Source of the DNA: Octopus bimaculoides
Taxonomy: Eukaryota
Length of the DNA: 34,236 nt
Reading direction: 5' to 3'
Assembly: GCF_001194135.2 (NCBI RefSeq)
Contig: NC_068981.1
Location: 58,907,225 to 58,941,460, forward strand
Positions 1 through 11,959 of the stretch are shown here, in pieces. The notes beneath the pieces are model-generated. The model made no database searches and was not told where the DNA came from. It saw only the letters and a program-made list of their open reading frames with translations. The position numbers and the translations under genes were made by a program. Position 1 is the stretch's first letter. Each line of letters starts with the position of its first letter.

Positions 1-808
1 TAATGTCTAAATAACTCACGTTAATTTTGACCATGTGAACATCAATACCACGTGAGGAAGACGTTAAGAAATCTATCGGCCAGTGGGTTCAAAATCCCTC
101 GCCCTAATGAATTCAATTCAGTGTGCATCATAAATAGTCCCGCATAGAAAAGAGACCCGTACGAACTTCTTGCGGTTTAACTATTCACCTTAGAGGTATT
201 ATTAAAATATAGATATGCAGGACAGGGAATCGTCAATTAGTAATAAAATTAATAATTAACAATTTTGCCGGGTAGCTCAGTATGAAAAAACCTTTTCGGT
301 AAAAAACATTTATAATCATAAATATATAGGGATTGACAATAACCTGCTTCTCCAACATACTGAGAATTCAGAATATATATATATATAGACACACACAAAT
401 TTACACGTATATATACGTACACATGTTTACACATAGACTCACTCACCTATACACATGTGTGTATGTGTGTGTGTGAACATATATAAGTGGATTTGTGTGT
501 TTCTTTTACATGGTTTTTGTGAATACATATATCTATATCTTGTAGGAATTACCCTCATCTCATCTTTCCAGCTTTCGATACCAGTGTAACTTCTATTGCT
601 TATGTTCAGTGGTATTATCTTTTTCTCTCAGTCTCTTTTTCTCAATATATGAACATAAACTTATCAACATATTTCTAATGTACGTGCACCTCTGCATATC
701 TATATCCGTGCACATCTGCATGTACTATGTGTACTGCAGAAAGAAAGCTAAGATGATAGCTGCTTCGGAAGGCAGCCACTTGGCACGATATGATGGTGAT
801 AATAGTAT

Positions 809-845
<37 letters not shown>

Positions 846-1166
846 NNNNNNNNNNNNNNNNNNNNNNNNNNNNNNNNNNNNNNNNNNNNNNNNNNNNNNN
901 NNNNNNNNNNNNNNNNNNNNNNNNNNNNNNNNNNNNNNNNNNNNNNNNNNNNNNNNNNNNNNNNNNNNNNNNNNNNNNNNNNNNNNNNNNNNNNNNNNNN
1001 NNNNNNNNNNNNNNNNNNNNNNNNNNNNNNNNNNNNNNNNNNNNNNNNNNNNNNNNNNNNNNNNNNNNNNNNNNNNNNNNNNNNNNNNNNNNNNNNNNNN
1101 NNNNNNNNNNNNNNNNNNNNNNNNNNNNNNNNNNNNNNNNNNNNNNNNNNNNNNNNNNNNNNNNNN

Positions 1167-1205
<39 letters not shown>

Positions 1206-1239
1206 CTGACAGAGAGAAAGATAGAGATTGATAGATGTC

Positions 1240-1445
1240 TGTGTTTGTCCATCACCGCTTGACAACTGTTGTTGTGGTGTTATATTTATGTCCCTTTTAT
1301 CTAGCGGTTCGGCAAAAGAACCGATAGAAAAAGTAATACGCTTTAAAAAAATAAGTCCTGGGGTCTATTTGTTTCAATAAAACTCCTTCAAGACGGCGCT
1401 CCAGCATGGTCGCAGTCAAATGACTGAAATGATTAAAAAACATAA
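1240..1445 (+). mobile_element. 3' half of a tRNA-type SINE (family A, internal microsatellite)
   Basis: ccatcaccgcttgacaac...tagcggttcggcaaaagaaccgatag...gctccagcatggtcgcagtcaaatgactgaa follows a TA/TG tract. It matches my recollection of the tail of an abundant octopus SINE. The head is not visible and may lie in the gap. Confidence 0.6.
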
Positions 1446-1964
1446 GAAACATATATATATATTGATAGATGTATGTATTTATGCACGAAAGTGTATATAA
1501 GTGAAAATATGAATATATATCTATGCATATGTGTGTATGTATGTATATGTGTGCATATGTACACATTTATGCATATATGCGCCAATAAATGTGTATCTAT
1601 GTTTGTGTAACCGTCTGTTTGTTTTTCCGTCTCTCTGTGTGTATGTGTATCTCAATGCGTGTCTGTATGTGTATATTTGGTGATAATGTTTTCTTTAAAA
1701 AAAATTAAAAACACCGAACATTAGTTAGAAAAACAAATGACTAAATACCAATATAGAGCTTCAATATTTTATTGAATAACAACAGTGCGATAATGGGTTG
1801 TGAAACAGTGGGTGGTATTAAAGGGGTAACAGAAGTGTAAGCACTTGCGAGAAATAGTATAATAAATGAAAATGTATTGTCAAGCTAGCGGGGAAACTTA
1901 ACTGGGCAGAATGTAAATTAAATGGCAAATTTATGGGGAGAAATAATGACCCTATATATAACAT

Positions 1965-2355
1965 TCATGCATACTTATAGATACATACATACATGCATGC
2001 ATACATACATACATACATACATACGTACGTACATACATACATATGTGTGTATGTATATGTATATATGTATATGGAAATCTGTATGTATGCTTGTGTGAAT
2101 ATATACATATGTAAATATATATTCACATACATATATAAATGTATGTATGTGCGTGTGTGTATGTTTAAGAGAGCGAGTGAGTGAATGAGAAAGAGTGAAG
2201 GAAAAAGAGTGAGTGAGAGTGAAGGAAAAAGAGAGAGAGAGTAAGAGGGAGAGAGTGAGTAAGAAGGAGCGAGTGAGAGAGAGAGAGAGTGAGTGTGAGG
2301 CAGTGAGTGAGAGAGAAAAAATATATATACATAGAGAGAGAGAGAGAGAGAGTGA
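1965..2355. repeat. compound (TACA)n/(TATG)n and (GA)n low-complexity tract
   Basis: Seen directly; it explains ORFs 1965..2450, 1993..2184, 2165..2371 and 2213..2416. Confidence 0.95.
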
Positions 2356-2794
2356 GACAGCTTCTCTTCAAAGTGCAAGTCAGATTTTAAGGGCTCAATT
2401 AAGAACAGATCATTAAATTCCAACATGTTATTACATAGCAGTAAATCCAAGAGCTATCGACATGTATATTTATATATATTCGGCTAAAACGAACTTTAAG
2501 AGCAACAGAATCAGAAGAAAAGCAAAACGTTATAAATAACACATTGAGTTCACAACTTGCATTCAACAGCTGTTTCATAAAGAGAGACATCATTAAATAT
2601 ATAATAACAATTGTGATACATAGCATAATAGATTTAATGATTTGTGTAAACAAACTGAATTAATCTAGATTAATTATTTATGCATCATAATTATGTAGTT
2701 ATATATTTAGTTATATATTTAATGTTTATTGTAATAAAACAGTTGTGGAACATAAAAGTATGAATTCTATGTCAAATTTGTGCTCTTCTTTTAT

Positions 2795-2822
2795 TCTCTC
2801 TCTCTCTTTCTCTTTCTCTCTT

Positions 2823-2907
<85 letters not shown>

Positions 2908-2986
2908 TTTTCTCTCTCTCTCTCTTTCTCTCTCTTTCTATCTTTCTCTCTCTCTCTCTCTCTCTCTCTTCCTCACTCTCTCTCTT

Positions 2987-3017
<31 letters not shown>

Positions 3018-3018
3018 G
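2795..3018. repeat. imperfect (CT)n microsatellite
   Basis: Seen directly; it explains the ERER/SLSL ORFs. Confidence 0.97.
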
Positions 3019-3044
3019 TAAATATATACATATTTTTCTCCGTC

Positions 3045-3520
3045 TGTGAAACATTCTTGCTTGCCCTATATAATTGTGTCCACATCCTGAACAAGTTATG
3101 ACGTACATTAAGTAAACTCTGTTTTAATTTTGAATCTTTGCTCTTCGTTAAAATGGAATTTCGAACCTTCCAGTAGGTTGGGACATGTCCCACAGTTAGG
3201 TCGCCCGCATTTTTTAACTCTTGGTTCTGTTTTTGCTGGGTATAATGTTGTACCTGTCAGTGTTTCCTTCAGTGATTTTGGTTGTGTTGTTTTTTGATTT
3301 CAATGAACTTGAGTATACGGAAGATTTGAACCATTGTATGGTCCCTAGTGGGTGTATGTAAATTTTGAATAATAGTATTATATGCCTCATTGTTCTTAAA
3401 GTTTTTGGTAGATATGTAGGGTAGAATTTCTGATAAATTTTAGTCCTTTTGCTAGTATGTTAATTTTTGTCGTTGAAAAAGCGTTCTTTGATAAAGTTAC
3501 TATTTTATATGTTGCTATCA
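3045..3520 (-). mobile_element. decayed Penelope-like element fragment (N-terminal motif plus GIY-YIG endonuclease start)
   Basis: Minus-strand translation gives IVTLSKNAFSTTKINILAKGLKFI (KGLKF at 3435-3449), then QPKSLKETL...RVKKCGRPNCGTCP (CxxxxCxxC at 3183-3209), then YVITCSGCGHNYIGQ (YIG at 3064-3072). These motifs are typical of PLE proteins; the frame is broken by frameshifts. Confidence 0.8.
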
Positions 3521-3834
3521 ATAACGTTCCTTTACCTCTCTCTCTGTTTCTCTCTGTCCCCTTGTATTTCTTCCTCCTACCACTGACATATGGCCTGTGG
3601 TTAGTCTTATCTCGTTCTTTTTACGGCCGCCTGGTTTACCAAGCAGTCGCATCTTCTCGTCTCCCGATCTATTCACCTTTGCTTCCGTCTCTTTTATTCT
3701 TCAGGATATTCTCTCAGCGTTGACCATTTTCGTCCACTGTCTGGCCCTAAGGCTTTATTTTTTCCTTTATTTATATCACTTCGTTTATTTATATCAGTCC
3801 TATTTGTTTTCTTCTGTCATGTTTGTTTTCTGGC

Positions 3835-3936
3835 TCGCCAATTCCCGGCGCCGCTGATTGTAGGTGATTCAGTATTATCGGTTAGGGACGAAATTGCGAT
3901 TGACCCGCTGGCCGATAACTGATGAGGAATTGGCGA
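3835..3936 (+). ncRNA. hammerhead-ribozyme-like three-way junction, catalytic GAAA strand non-canonical
   Basis: CUGAUGA at 3919-3925 lies between a 9-bp helix (3875-3883/3910-3918) and a perfect 11-bp helix (3835-3845/3926-3936). A 4-bp helix III (3854-3857/3869-3872) is followed by a GUA triplet (3872-3874). Confidence 0.35.
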
Positions 3937-4454
3937 CCATCTGTGTCTCTGTGTCTGTTTCCCGTTTGTTTGTGCATTTATTATGTTTTTAACTCATTAT
4001 ATATATATATATNNNNNNNNNNNNNNNNNNNNNNNNNNNNNNNNNNNNNNNNNNNNNNNNNNNNNNNNNNNNNNNNNNNNNNNNNNNNNNNNNNNNNNNN
4101 NNNNNNNNNNNNNNNNNNNNNNNNNNNNNNNNNNNNNNNNNNNNNNNNNNNNNNNNNNNNNNNNNNNNNNNNNNNNNNNNNNNNNNNNNNNNNNNNNNNN
4201 NNNNNNNNNNNNNNNNNNNNNNNNNNNNNNNNNNNNNNNNNNNNNNNNNNNNNNNNNNNNNNNNNNNNNNNNNNNNNNNNNNNNNNNNNNNNNNNNNNNN
4301 NNNNNNNNNNNNNNNNNNNNNNNNNNNNNNNNNNNNNNNNNNNNNNNNNNNNNNNNNNNNNNNNNNNNNNNNNNNNNNNNNNNNNNNNNNNNNNNNNNNN
4401 NNNNNNNNNNNNNNNNNNNNNNNNNNNNNNNNNNNNNNNNNNNNNNNNNNNNNN

Positions 4455-4502
<48 letters not shown>

Positions 4503-4512
4503 TCTGTGTGTG

Positions 4513-4795
4513 AGTGCGCATGGCTTAGTGGTTAGGGTGTTAGGGTGTTGCACTCACGATCGCTAGATCGTGATTTCAGTTCCTAGACTCGGTGGTGCGT
4601 TGTGTTCTTGAGCAAAACACTTTATCTCGCGCTGTTCTGATGCGTGGCACACAGTGCACCTGTTCAGACAACCTCGATTTGATGGAAAGAGAGATAATGT
4701 GCGCTACGAACATTCGACCACTATAAACAAATTATTTGTGGAAGTCGTTCGGCAGAAGCTGAGCGCTCATACGTCGTCTTCGACGGGAGAGTCCA
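4513..4795 (+). mobile_element. tRNA-derived SINE (family B head with CORE-like segment)
   Basis: A-box-like tggcttagtgg, degenerate B-box, then tgcgttgtgttcttgagcaaaacactt shared with 9796-10045 and 27553-27880. Confidence 0.75.
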
Positions 4796-4828
4796 TTATA
4801 CGCGCGCACGCACATACACATACATATA

Positions 4829-6067
4829 TATCAAAAAGTTCCCGGATTAATTTTGTCAATAAGAAAAAAGACTTATTTAACATTATCTCTTTCGAAATAG
4901 TCACCTTGCGCAGCAATACACTGCTCACAGCGTTCCTGTTACTTTTGGAATCCGGCCTGGAAGTCGTTTTCCGTAAGCGAGTTGAGGACTTTGTGCGATT
5001 CGCTCTGGATCTCTACACCGGTGTTAAAACGGCGACCTTTGAGCTGTATTTTCATCTTGGGGAAGGGATGGAAGTCCGCAGGTGCTAAATCTAGGGAATA
5101 GAGTGGGTGCAGAAGCACTGCCATGTTGTTTTTGGCTAGAAACTCACGAGTGAGGAAAGCTCGGTGACAAGGTGCATTGTTGTTGTGAAGAACCCAATTC
5201 TTCACGCTCCAAAGATCCGATTGCTTTCGCCGAATGTCCTCCCTCAAACGCTTCAAAACGTCACAGTAGAACTCTTGATCGACAGTCTGGGGGTCGAATT
5301 CTCGATGCACAATATCGCGATTGTCGAAAGAAAAAACGATGAGCGTACTCTTGATTGAGTTGCGGCTCTGTCGTGCCTTCTTCGGTCGTGGAGATGAAGG
5401 CCTCTTCCATCGTAACGACTGCTGCTTCGTCTCGAGGTCGTACTCGTAGACCCAGCTCTCGTCACCAGTGATGATCCTCGGCAGGAAGGATGGATCACCA
5501 GCAGCACGCTGACGGAGTTCTCGACAGACTTCGACGCGGTGTTCTTTCTGATCAGTAGTCAGCAGGCGGGAGACACGCTGGATGTTTAAGTCAGTCGTTA
5601 TGATTGCTGGGACGGACCCTTACGACAGACCAATAACATCAGCAAAGTCATTGATTGTCCTCTGACAATCCTGATGTACAAACTGGTGAATTGACCCCAC
5701 ATTTGCGGAGGTAACGCTCGTGAGAGGTCTTCTAGATCGTTCGTCGTTTTCCAGGAACGTCCTTACGCTTTTAAAGTATCTGTGTACTCGAAACATCGCG
5801 TACGACCCATTGCCTCGTCGCTGTGAGTTTGCCGAAGCGTGCCCAATGTCTCTGTAGTTTAATGCAAAAATTTCACATCGGCTCTTTGTTCCAGGTTCCT
5901 CTCCATGACAAAACTGTAGACTACAGCATATACATGGTCTCATAAACACATATTTCACAACTTGCATCATGAAGGTGACCGCTAGCTCTCACTGCGCATG
6001 CAACCGTGTGTTGCTATCTGTTGGCGAACTACAGAACTATCTGGGAACTTTTGGATTCTACCTTGGA
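4829..6067 (-). mobile_element. mariner DNA transposon, near full length, transposase pseudogene
   Basis: Motifs RVSRLLT, IITGDESWVYEYD, WVLHNNNAPCH and YSLDLAPADF. Inverted ends caaaaagttcccgga (4832-4846) and ctgggaacttttgga (6041-6055), with TA after 6067. About 1.24 kb, with frameshifts. Confidence 0.93.
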
Positions 6068-6076
6068 TATATCACC

Positions 6077-6237
6077 GCGGGCACGGCTGTGTGGTTAAGA
6101 AGTTAATTCCTAACTACATTGTTCCGGGTTCAGTCCAACTGCGTGGAACCATGCGCAAGTGTCTTCTACTGTAGCTTTGGGCTGACTAAAGCCTTAGTGA
6201 GTGGATCTGGTCGACGGAAACTGAAAGACGGTCGGCG
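6077..6237 (+). mobile_element. tRNA-type SINE family A, 5' head
   Basis: ggcacggctgtgtggttaag (A-box-like) and gggttcagtcc (B-box-like), then gcaagtgtcttctact...gacggaaactgaaag running into TATG/CA repeats. Confidence 0.7.
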
Positions 6238-6255
6238 TATGTATGTATAACGTAG

Positions 6256-6296
<41 letters not shown>

Positions 6297-7018
6297 NNNN
6301 NNNNNNNNNNNNNNNNNNNNNNNNNNNNNNNNNNNNNNNNNNNNNNNNNNNNNNNNNNNNNNNNNNNNNNNNNNNNNNNNNNNNNNNNNNNNNNNNNNNN
6401 NNNNNNNNNNNNNNNNNNNNNNNNNNNNNNNNNNNNNNNNNNNNNNNNNNNNNNNNNNNNNNNNNNNNNNNNNNNNNNNNNNNNNNNNNNNNNNNNNNNN
6501 NNNNNNNNNNNNNNNNNNNNNNNNNNNNNNNNNNNNNNNNNNNNNNNNNNNNNNNNNNNNNNNNNNNNNNNNNNNNNNNNNNNNNNNNNNNNNNNNNNNN
6601 NNNNNNNNNNNNNNNNNNNNNNNNNNNNNNNNNNNNNNNNNNNNNNNNNNNNNNNNNNNNNNNNNNNNNNNNNNNNNNNNNNNNNNNNNNNNNNNNNNNN
6701 NNNNNNNNNNNNNNNNNNNNNNNNNNNNNNNNNNNNNNNNNNNNNNNNNNNNNNNNNNNNNNNNNNNNNNNNNNNNNNNNNNNNNNNNNNNNNNNNNNNN
6801 NNNNNNNNNNNNNNNNNNNNNNNNNNNNNNNNNNNNNNNNNNNNNNNNNNNNNNNNNNNNNNNNNNNNNNNNNNNNNNNNNNNNNNNNNNNNNNNNNNNN
6901 NNNNNNNNNNNNNNNNNNNNNNNNNNNNNNNNNNNNNNNNNNNNNNNNNNNNNNNNNNNNNNNNNNNNNNNNNNNNNNNNNNNNNNNNNNNNNNNNNNNN
7001 NNNNNNNNNNNNNNNNNN

Positions 7019-7093
<75 letters not shown>

Positions 7094-7954
7094 ATGCCAT
7101 CTTAAAAAGATAGGACGTTGTATGATGTAGTACCGGTTATGTTTTTTGCAGCGCTGTATTTTTCTAATTATGTCTATACTCGTGCAATTATCTAAAACCT
7201 ATTTAACTTACACTCTAGAAAAGCCAGTATTATTACATATATGATGGGTATTACAAGTGCTATCAGAGGTACTATCCAAATATATATATATATTGTAGCA
7301 GTCTTAAGTTCGCGTTTATTTTCTGTTTATTTTTCATCGCACTTGAGTTTACTTCCAATTTTCTTCTGCTTGTTTTCTGTAAAGCTCAGAGAAGAAAAAG
7401 GAAATGAGAAAATAAGAAAATAAAACATTTCCTTATGTTATTTAAGGCATTTTATATAATATCAATTACTATTGGTTGTCAAGAATAATGGAGTTAATTT
7501 AGAGTCTCGTGAAAGTTTCTGTAAATAATGACTTTCTAACTCTGTGTTAAAATTCTGATATGTTTTTTTAAATCTAATATTCACCATATTAACGATACAG
7601 CTTCAATACTAAGCTACATATAGCATGCAACAAACTAAATACTTTAGGCACCTTAGATAACGATCAGCTATACAAAGACTCGAAGTTTTTATACACTTAA
7701 AGTTATTTCAATTTTAGTATTTCGATAAGCATCGTGTATGATGATGGACGTATTACATAGCCATTTCATTTGAGGATTTGTGTGATATTGTTCCATCAAA
7801 GTGTCTCTTAAAGCGACTAATATCTGAGGTCATTTACCGTTGGCATTTACACCGGCATTCACCCTTAAAGCGCAAGCAGAGTAAAGAAAGTTCGTTTGGA
7901 AATTCTTGACTACGGTTGCTTGCTTGAAGAAGCATGACAGACATCATTATCAGT

Positions 7955-8092
7955 AAACTAAACCGACTCCAGTATTCAACTTATATCAACCCTGGATAGA
8001 TGGGAAGCATTGTTGAGTTCGAATGCAAAAAACCAGAACTAAATACCTAGATGCATTTTGTTAAACACTTTAACGATTTTACCGATCCACCG
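7955..8092 (-). mobile_element. highly degenerate SINE family C copy
   Basis: The reverse complement aligns loosely with 14179-14330. Confidence 0.5.
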
Positions 8093-8419
8093 ATCAAAGT
8101 TCTTTTCAGCACATGATCCTGTTTAATCAGTTGAAACTTTAGGATTTTGTCTTCAGTAGATAATAGTCCCTTTTAGCCTTGTATTTAGTTATTCAGTCGT
8201 ATGTTACAAAATTTTGGCCCCCCCCCCCGACACAATATATTTTCCAAACATCAACAAACACGACGCTACGAAGATAGCTGACGGCTGGCAGTTTCACACA
8301 AGCACGAACGTGTTTTTTCAAACACTCACACACACGCNNNNNNNNNNNNNNNNNNNNNNNNNNNNNNNNNNNNNNNNNNNNNNNNNNNNNNNNNNNNNNN
8401 NNNNNNNNNNNNNNNNNNN

Positions 8420-8474
<55 letters not shown>

Positions 8475-8741
8475 AGTACTTTCTCACGCTCAATATCATG
8501 TACAGCCACTTAACCACAAAGTCACATCGGTAGTTCCCTAATAAATCTTTTATATCCACTTTGTCAGAATAGTAGCAACGGTCGGTCCATTACACCTTGT
8601 TTATTCATCGTTGTATATTACCTCCTGTTTAGCATATGACCGATGGGTGGTAATGGTAGTTTAATGAACCTAGAAACTGGCTTCTTCGTGACGAAAATTT
8701 AGCGCCAGAGACAAAATTATTCTCTACCAGTATCTAATGTT

Positions 8742-8784
<43 letters not shown>

Positions 8785-9311
8785 ACTCGCTGTTTCTGTC
8801 TTTCAACGCACTCATGTAATTACCTACTTAAAAAAAATTCTTTTCATTCAGGTATTTGTTAACACTCTTTTTCAGTTTAATTTCATATTTTCGACGGACC
8901 ACAAAGATAATTTAGTTAATGCAGGGATCATTAAAAGTTAATTAAAAATAATTATGTGCGGAAAGAAAAACAATGTCATTCAATGGATAACATTTTAATC
9001 TAAAGAATTATCTAAGAACACAAACAAACGAATAGCAATACAAAATTATGAAATTAGTTTCAGAATGGAATGAAAAAGAGGAATGTTCTTTTTACCACTA
9101 TTTAGTCGGGAAGGGAAAGTCAATGCACAAGAACCTTTTTTTTTAGAACCTCTGAGATTAAAGGAAGGAAGAAAAAATATTTTCTCAAACTGGTCATTTG
9201 GACCAAAAGCTTGAAACAGGGTGACCTTCATTAAAGGCACCTAAGAATCAAGTCATGGTATTAAATTGGGCGACGCAAAGTACCGGACAAAAACTGTAAA
9301 GCATCATCGTT

Positions 9312-9395
9312 TCTGAAAAGATAAAAAATAAAGTTCACCTCGGTGGAATTTAATCTCAGATTGCGGAGAGGTGGAACAAATACTGCAACTAATGT
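9312..9395 (-). mobile_element. degenerate SINE family C fragment
   Basis: aaagttcacctcggtggaatttaatctcaga is the reverse complement of the ctgagttcaaattccgccgaggtcgacttt core. Confidence 0.5.
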
Positions 9396-9721
9396 TCTTT
9401 CGATTCGGATTGTTTGTTTTACAGAGAAAAACAGGGAAGAAAAACAAGGAAGACCGGAGAACAGAGTTAAAAGGTTTCGTGAATCTAGGTTCATGCGCAG
9501 TTAGTGCGTAGCTATCTAAAAATTTAAATCGGATTACATCGGATGTGGTGCTGTTGTTGTTATTATTATTATTATGTTTTTTTTCTTCTTTCTTCAAATT
9601 TTTTCCCATTTCTCGCCGAGTGTTTTCCGTACACCTAGGGCAGAGAAACGTTGTATGCATTCCCAATTTACACACGCAAATTCATAGGTAAAACATGTAT
9701 TTAAGAAAAAAAAAAGAAAAA

Positions 9722-9722
<1 letters not shown>

Positions 9723-9784
<62 letters not shown>

Positions 9785-9790
9785 GTTGTT
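9723..9790. repeat. (ATT)n microsatellite
   Basis: Seen directly; first long tract of a cluster that also includes 11059-11120, 11675-11740, 11887-11959 and 13059-13084. Confidence 0.97.
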
Positions 9791-9795
9791 AAAGT

Positions 9796-10045
9796 GGAGG
9801 CGCGTGGCCTAGTGGTTAGGGTGTCAGCATCATGATCGTAAGATTGTGGTTTCGATTCCTTGACCGGGCGACGCGTTGTGTTCTTGAGCAAAACACTTCA
9901 TTTCACGTTGCTCCAGTCCACTCAGCTGGCAAAAACGAGTAACGCTGTGATGGACTCGCGTCCCGTCCAGCTGGAGAACACATACTCTACTGAAACCGGG
10001 AAACCAAGCCCATGAGCCTGGCTAGGCTTTAAAAGGGCGCATGTA
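9796..10045 (+). mobile_element. tRNA-derived SINE family B, full length
   Basis: A box tggcctagtgg, B box ggtttcgattcc, CORE-like ttgtgttcttgagcaaaacacttcatttcac. Confidence 0.88.
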
Positions 10046-10064
10046 TTTTATTTTTAATAATAAA

Positions 10065-10270
10065 GGCGACGAACTGGCTGAATCGTTAGCATGCCGGGCA
10101 AAATGCTTAGCGACATTTCGACCGTTCTTACGTTCTGACTTAAAATTCCGCCGGGGTTGACTTTGCCTTTCATTCTTAAGTACCAGTGAAACACTAGGTC
10201 GATGTTATGGACTAGTGTCCTTCCCCAAAATTTCAGGCCTTGAGCCTTTAGTAGAAAGGATTATTGTTAT
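10065..10270 (+). mobile_element. tRNA-derived SINE family C
   Basis: Collinear with 14179-14399, with a short internal deletion; ends gtagaaaggattatt in an ATT tail. Confidence 0.88.
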
Positions 10271-10285
10271 TATTATTATTAATCC

Positions 10286-10500
10286 AACGAGCTGGTAGAA
10301 TCGTTAGCACGTCCAACAAAATACTTAGTAGTGTTTTGTCTGTCCCTACGTTCTGAGCTCAAATTCCACCGAGGCCGACTTTGCCTTTCATTCTTTCGAG
10401 ATCGATAAAATAAGTACCAGTTGAGTATTAGGGTCCATATAATCGATTTAGTCCCTCCCCGAAATTGCTGGCTTCATGTCAAAATTTGAAATCATCATCA
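10286..10500 (+). mobile_element. tRNA-derived SINE family C, alternative 3' tail
   Basis: Same head and ctttgcctttcat...gataaaataagtaccag core; tail gaaattgctggc...aaaatttgaa. Confidence 0.85.
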
Positions 10501-10511
10501 TTATTATTATT

Positions 10512-11055
10512 GAATGAGAGAACAGTGCATGCCATCAAAGTGACATTGGGGTAGAATATACGAAGCCCAGTATACCCATCATGACTACCCGTCTGATAAG
10601 GGTACATCAGGCACATGCATCACAACCAAATGGGCGCGAAATGATGATCTCATAAACAGCGCATGACTATGCAGGAGGGGCCCAGTTAGAATTTGCTTCA
10701 GGTCGAGTAGCCCATCCCACTCAAATGGTCCTTGAATAAAGGTTGTTTAAGGATGTTGAACGAAACACCCATGTTTCCAGAGGTGAATTATTCAAACTCC
10801 AAATAATTCTTCTCAACACATGGCTATAAGGCTCCCCAAATTCTGCTCGTGATCAGAGATGCACATATCATCAGCCACCAAAGGACATACTCAATTGGTT
10901 AAGGTCAAACAACTGACAAGTAAATCTGTGGTATTGAGTAGAATATTTTTTCTGCAGCCCATCTCTTACACCAAGACTAAACATATGCATGATAAAACTT
11001 CCAACCAGTTAAGATCAGAACCTATGAGAGCCAGTACCTGGTACTGCATCAGAGC

Positions 11056-11058
<3 letters not shown>
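10512..11058. mobile_element. unclassified ~550-bp non-coding interspersed element, copy 1
   Basis: End-to-end similarity to 13085-13646; both ends abut ATT/TAA repeats; no recognisable ORF or tRNA boxes. Confidence 0.85.
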
Positions 11059-11119
<61 letters not shown>

Positions 11120-11120
11120 T

Positions 11121-11672
11121 AGTAGTCTTATTTTTATCATGTGCTTTCACTGCACTACCGAGCGCAGTTCTGTGTGCCTTGGGTATGTGCTGTGGTTTGT
11201 TGTGATGCTCTTATTTTTACTGTATTGGAAGTGTTTTACGTTGGATGTGTGCGGTGCCTAGTAGCGCTATTTTCTGCATGTTATATATACTTGTTTGTCC
11301 TGGTGTTTTTGTTATGTATTTGTCTGAATATTTTTTATATCATACCTAATGCACCTACTATGATAGGAATTTCTTCTGTTTTTAGACTTCACATTCGAGT
11401 TACCTCTATTTCCCGGACTTAGAGAAACATTGTCATCTGTTGGTATTGATACATCGATTAGAAAGAATTTTTCTTGGTGATCTCTGACAACTATATCCGG
11501 CATATTGGCCTTAATTTCTCTATCTGTGCGTATTGGCTTTCTCATTTTCTGTGACCTTTTCTGGCGTGTGCTATACCATCTTTTTTTCTGTTGTTATTCC
11601 ATAGTGTTAGCATAGTTTCCAGCGTATATAGGTCCCAACTGTCGTGTCTGTGAATATATTACTTCTTAGCCT
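11121..11672 (-). mobile_element. R4/Dong-like non-LTR retrotransposon 3' fragment (restriction-like endonuclease domain)
   Basis: TDREIKANMPDIVVRD..FFLIDVSIP.DDNV, IPIIVGALG and QKIALLGTAHIQRKTL*, then a 3' UTR and a (TAA)n tail. Confidence 0.87.
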
Positions 11673-11738
<66 letters not shown>

Positions 11739-11740
11739 TA

Positions 11741-11886
11741 TTTTGGTTTGGCTCAGATTCGGTCTTATTCCTGGTAGGAATTATGTGGATAGCGAGTTAC
11801 TACCTGTAACTTTAGGTATCCACAAGTTTCAGCAGTCTTTCAAGTGCTTAGCAACCTCCTGATAATCCTTATCGTCAGGAGAGTTC
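11741..11886 (-). mobile_element. short 3' end of a second R4/Dong-like family
   Basis: The reverse complement is roughly 85% identical by eye to 12930-13058. Confidence 0.85.
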
Positions 11887-11928
<42 letters not shown>

Positions 11929-11959
11929 TAATAATAATAATAATAATGATAATAATAAT

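Noticed and set aside
4533-4547. ttagggtgttagggtg, and ttagggtaggg near 33959, as telomeric repeats
   Set aside because: The first is an 8-bp duplication in a SINE head; neither forms a true (TTAGGG)n array.
7834-7863. Minus-strand GECRCKCQR* after a pyrimidine tract, echoing the CxCxC at 18930
   Set aside because: It is only 10 codons, lies next to a degenerate SINE and has no supporting context; chance is likely.
609-8559. Long ORFs rich in X, YI, CV, TH, ER and SL
   Set aside because: They are produced by N-gaps and dinucleotide microsatellites and carry no coding evidence.
9796-9870. SINE heads as tRNA genes
   Set aside because: They have Pol III boxes but no complete cloverleaf, and they continue into SINE bodies.
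11031-11048. Palindrome cagtacc-t-ggtactg next to ctgatg (minus strand) in the orphan element
   Set aside because: The pairing is not preserved in the second copy, and there is no hammerhead core.
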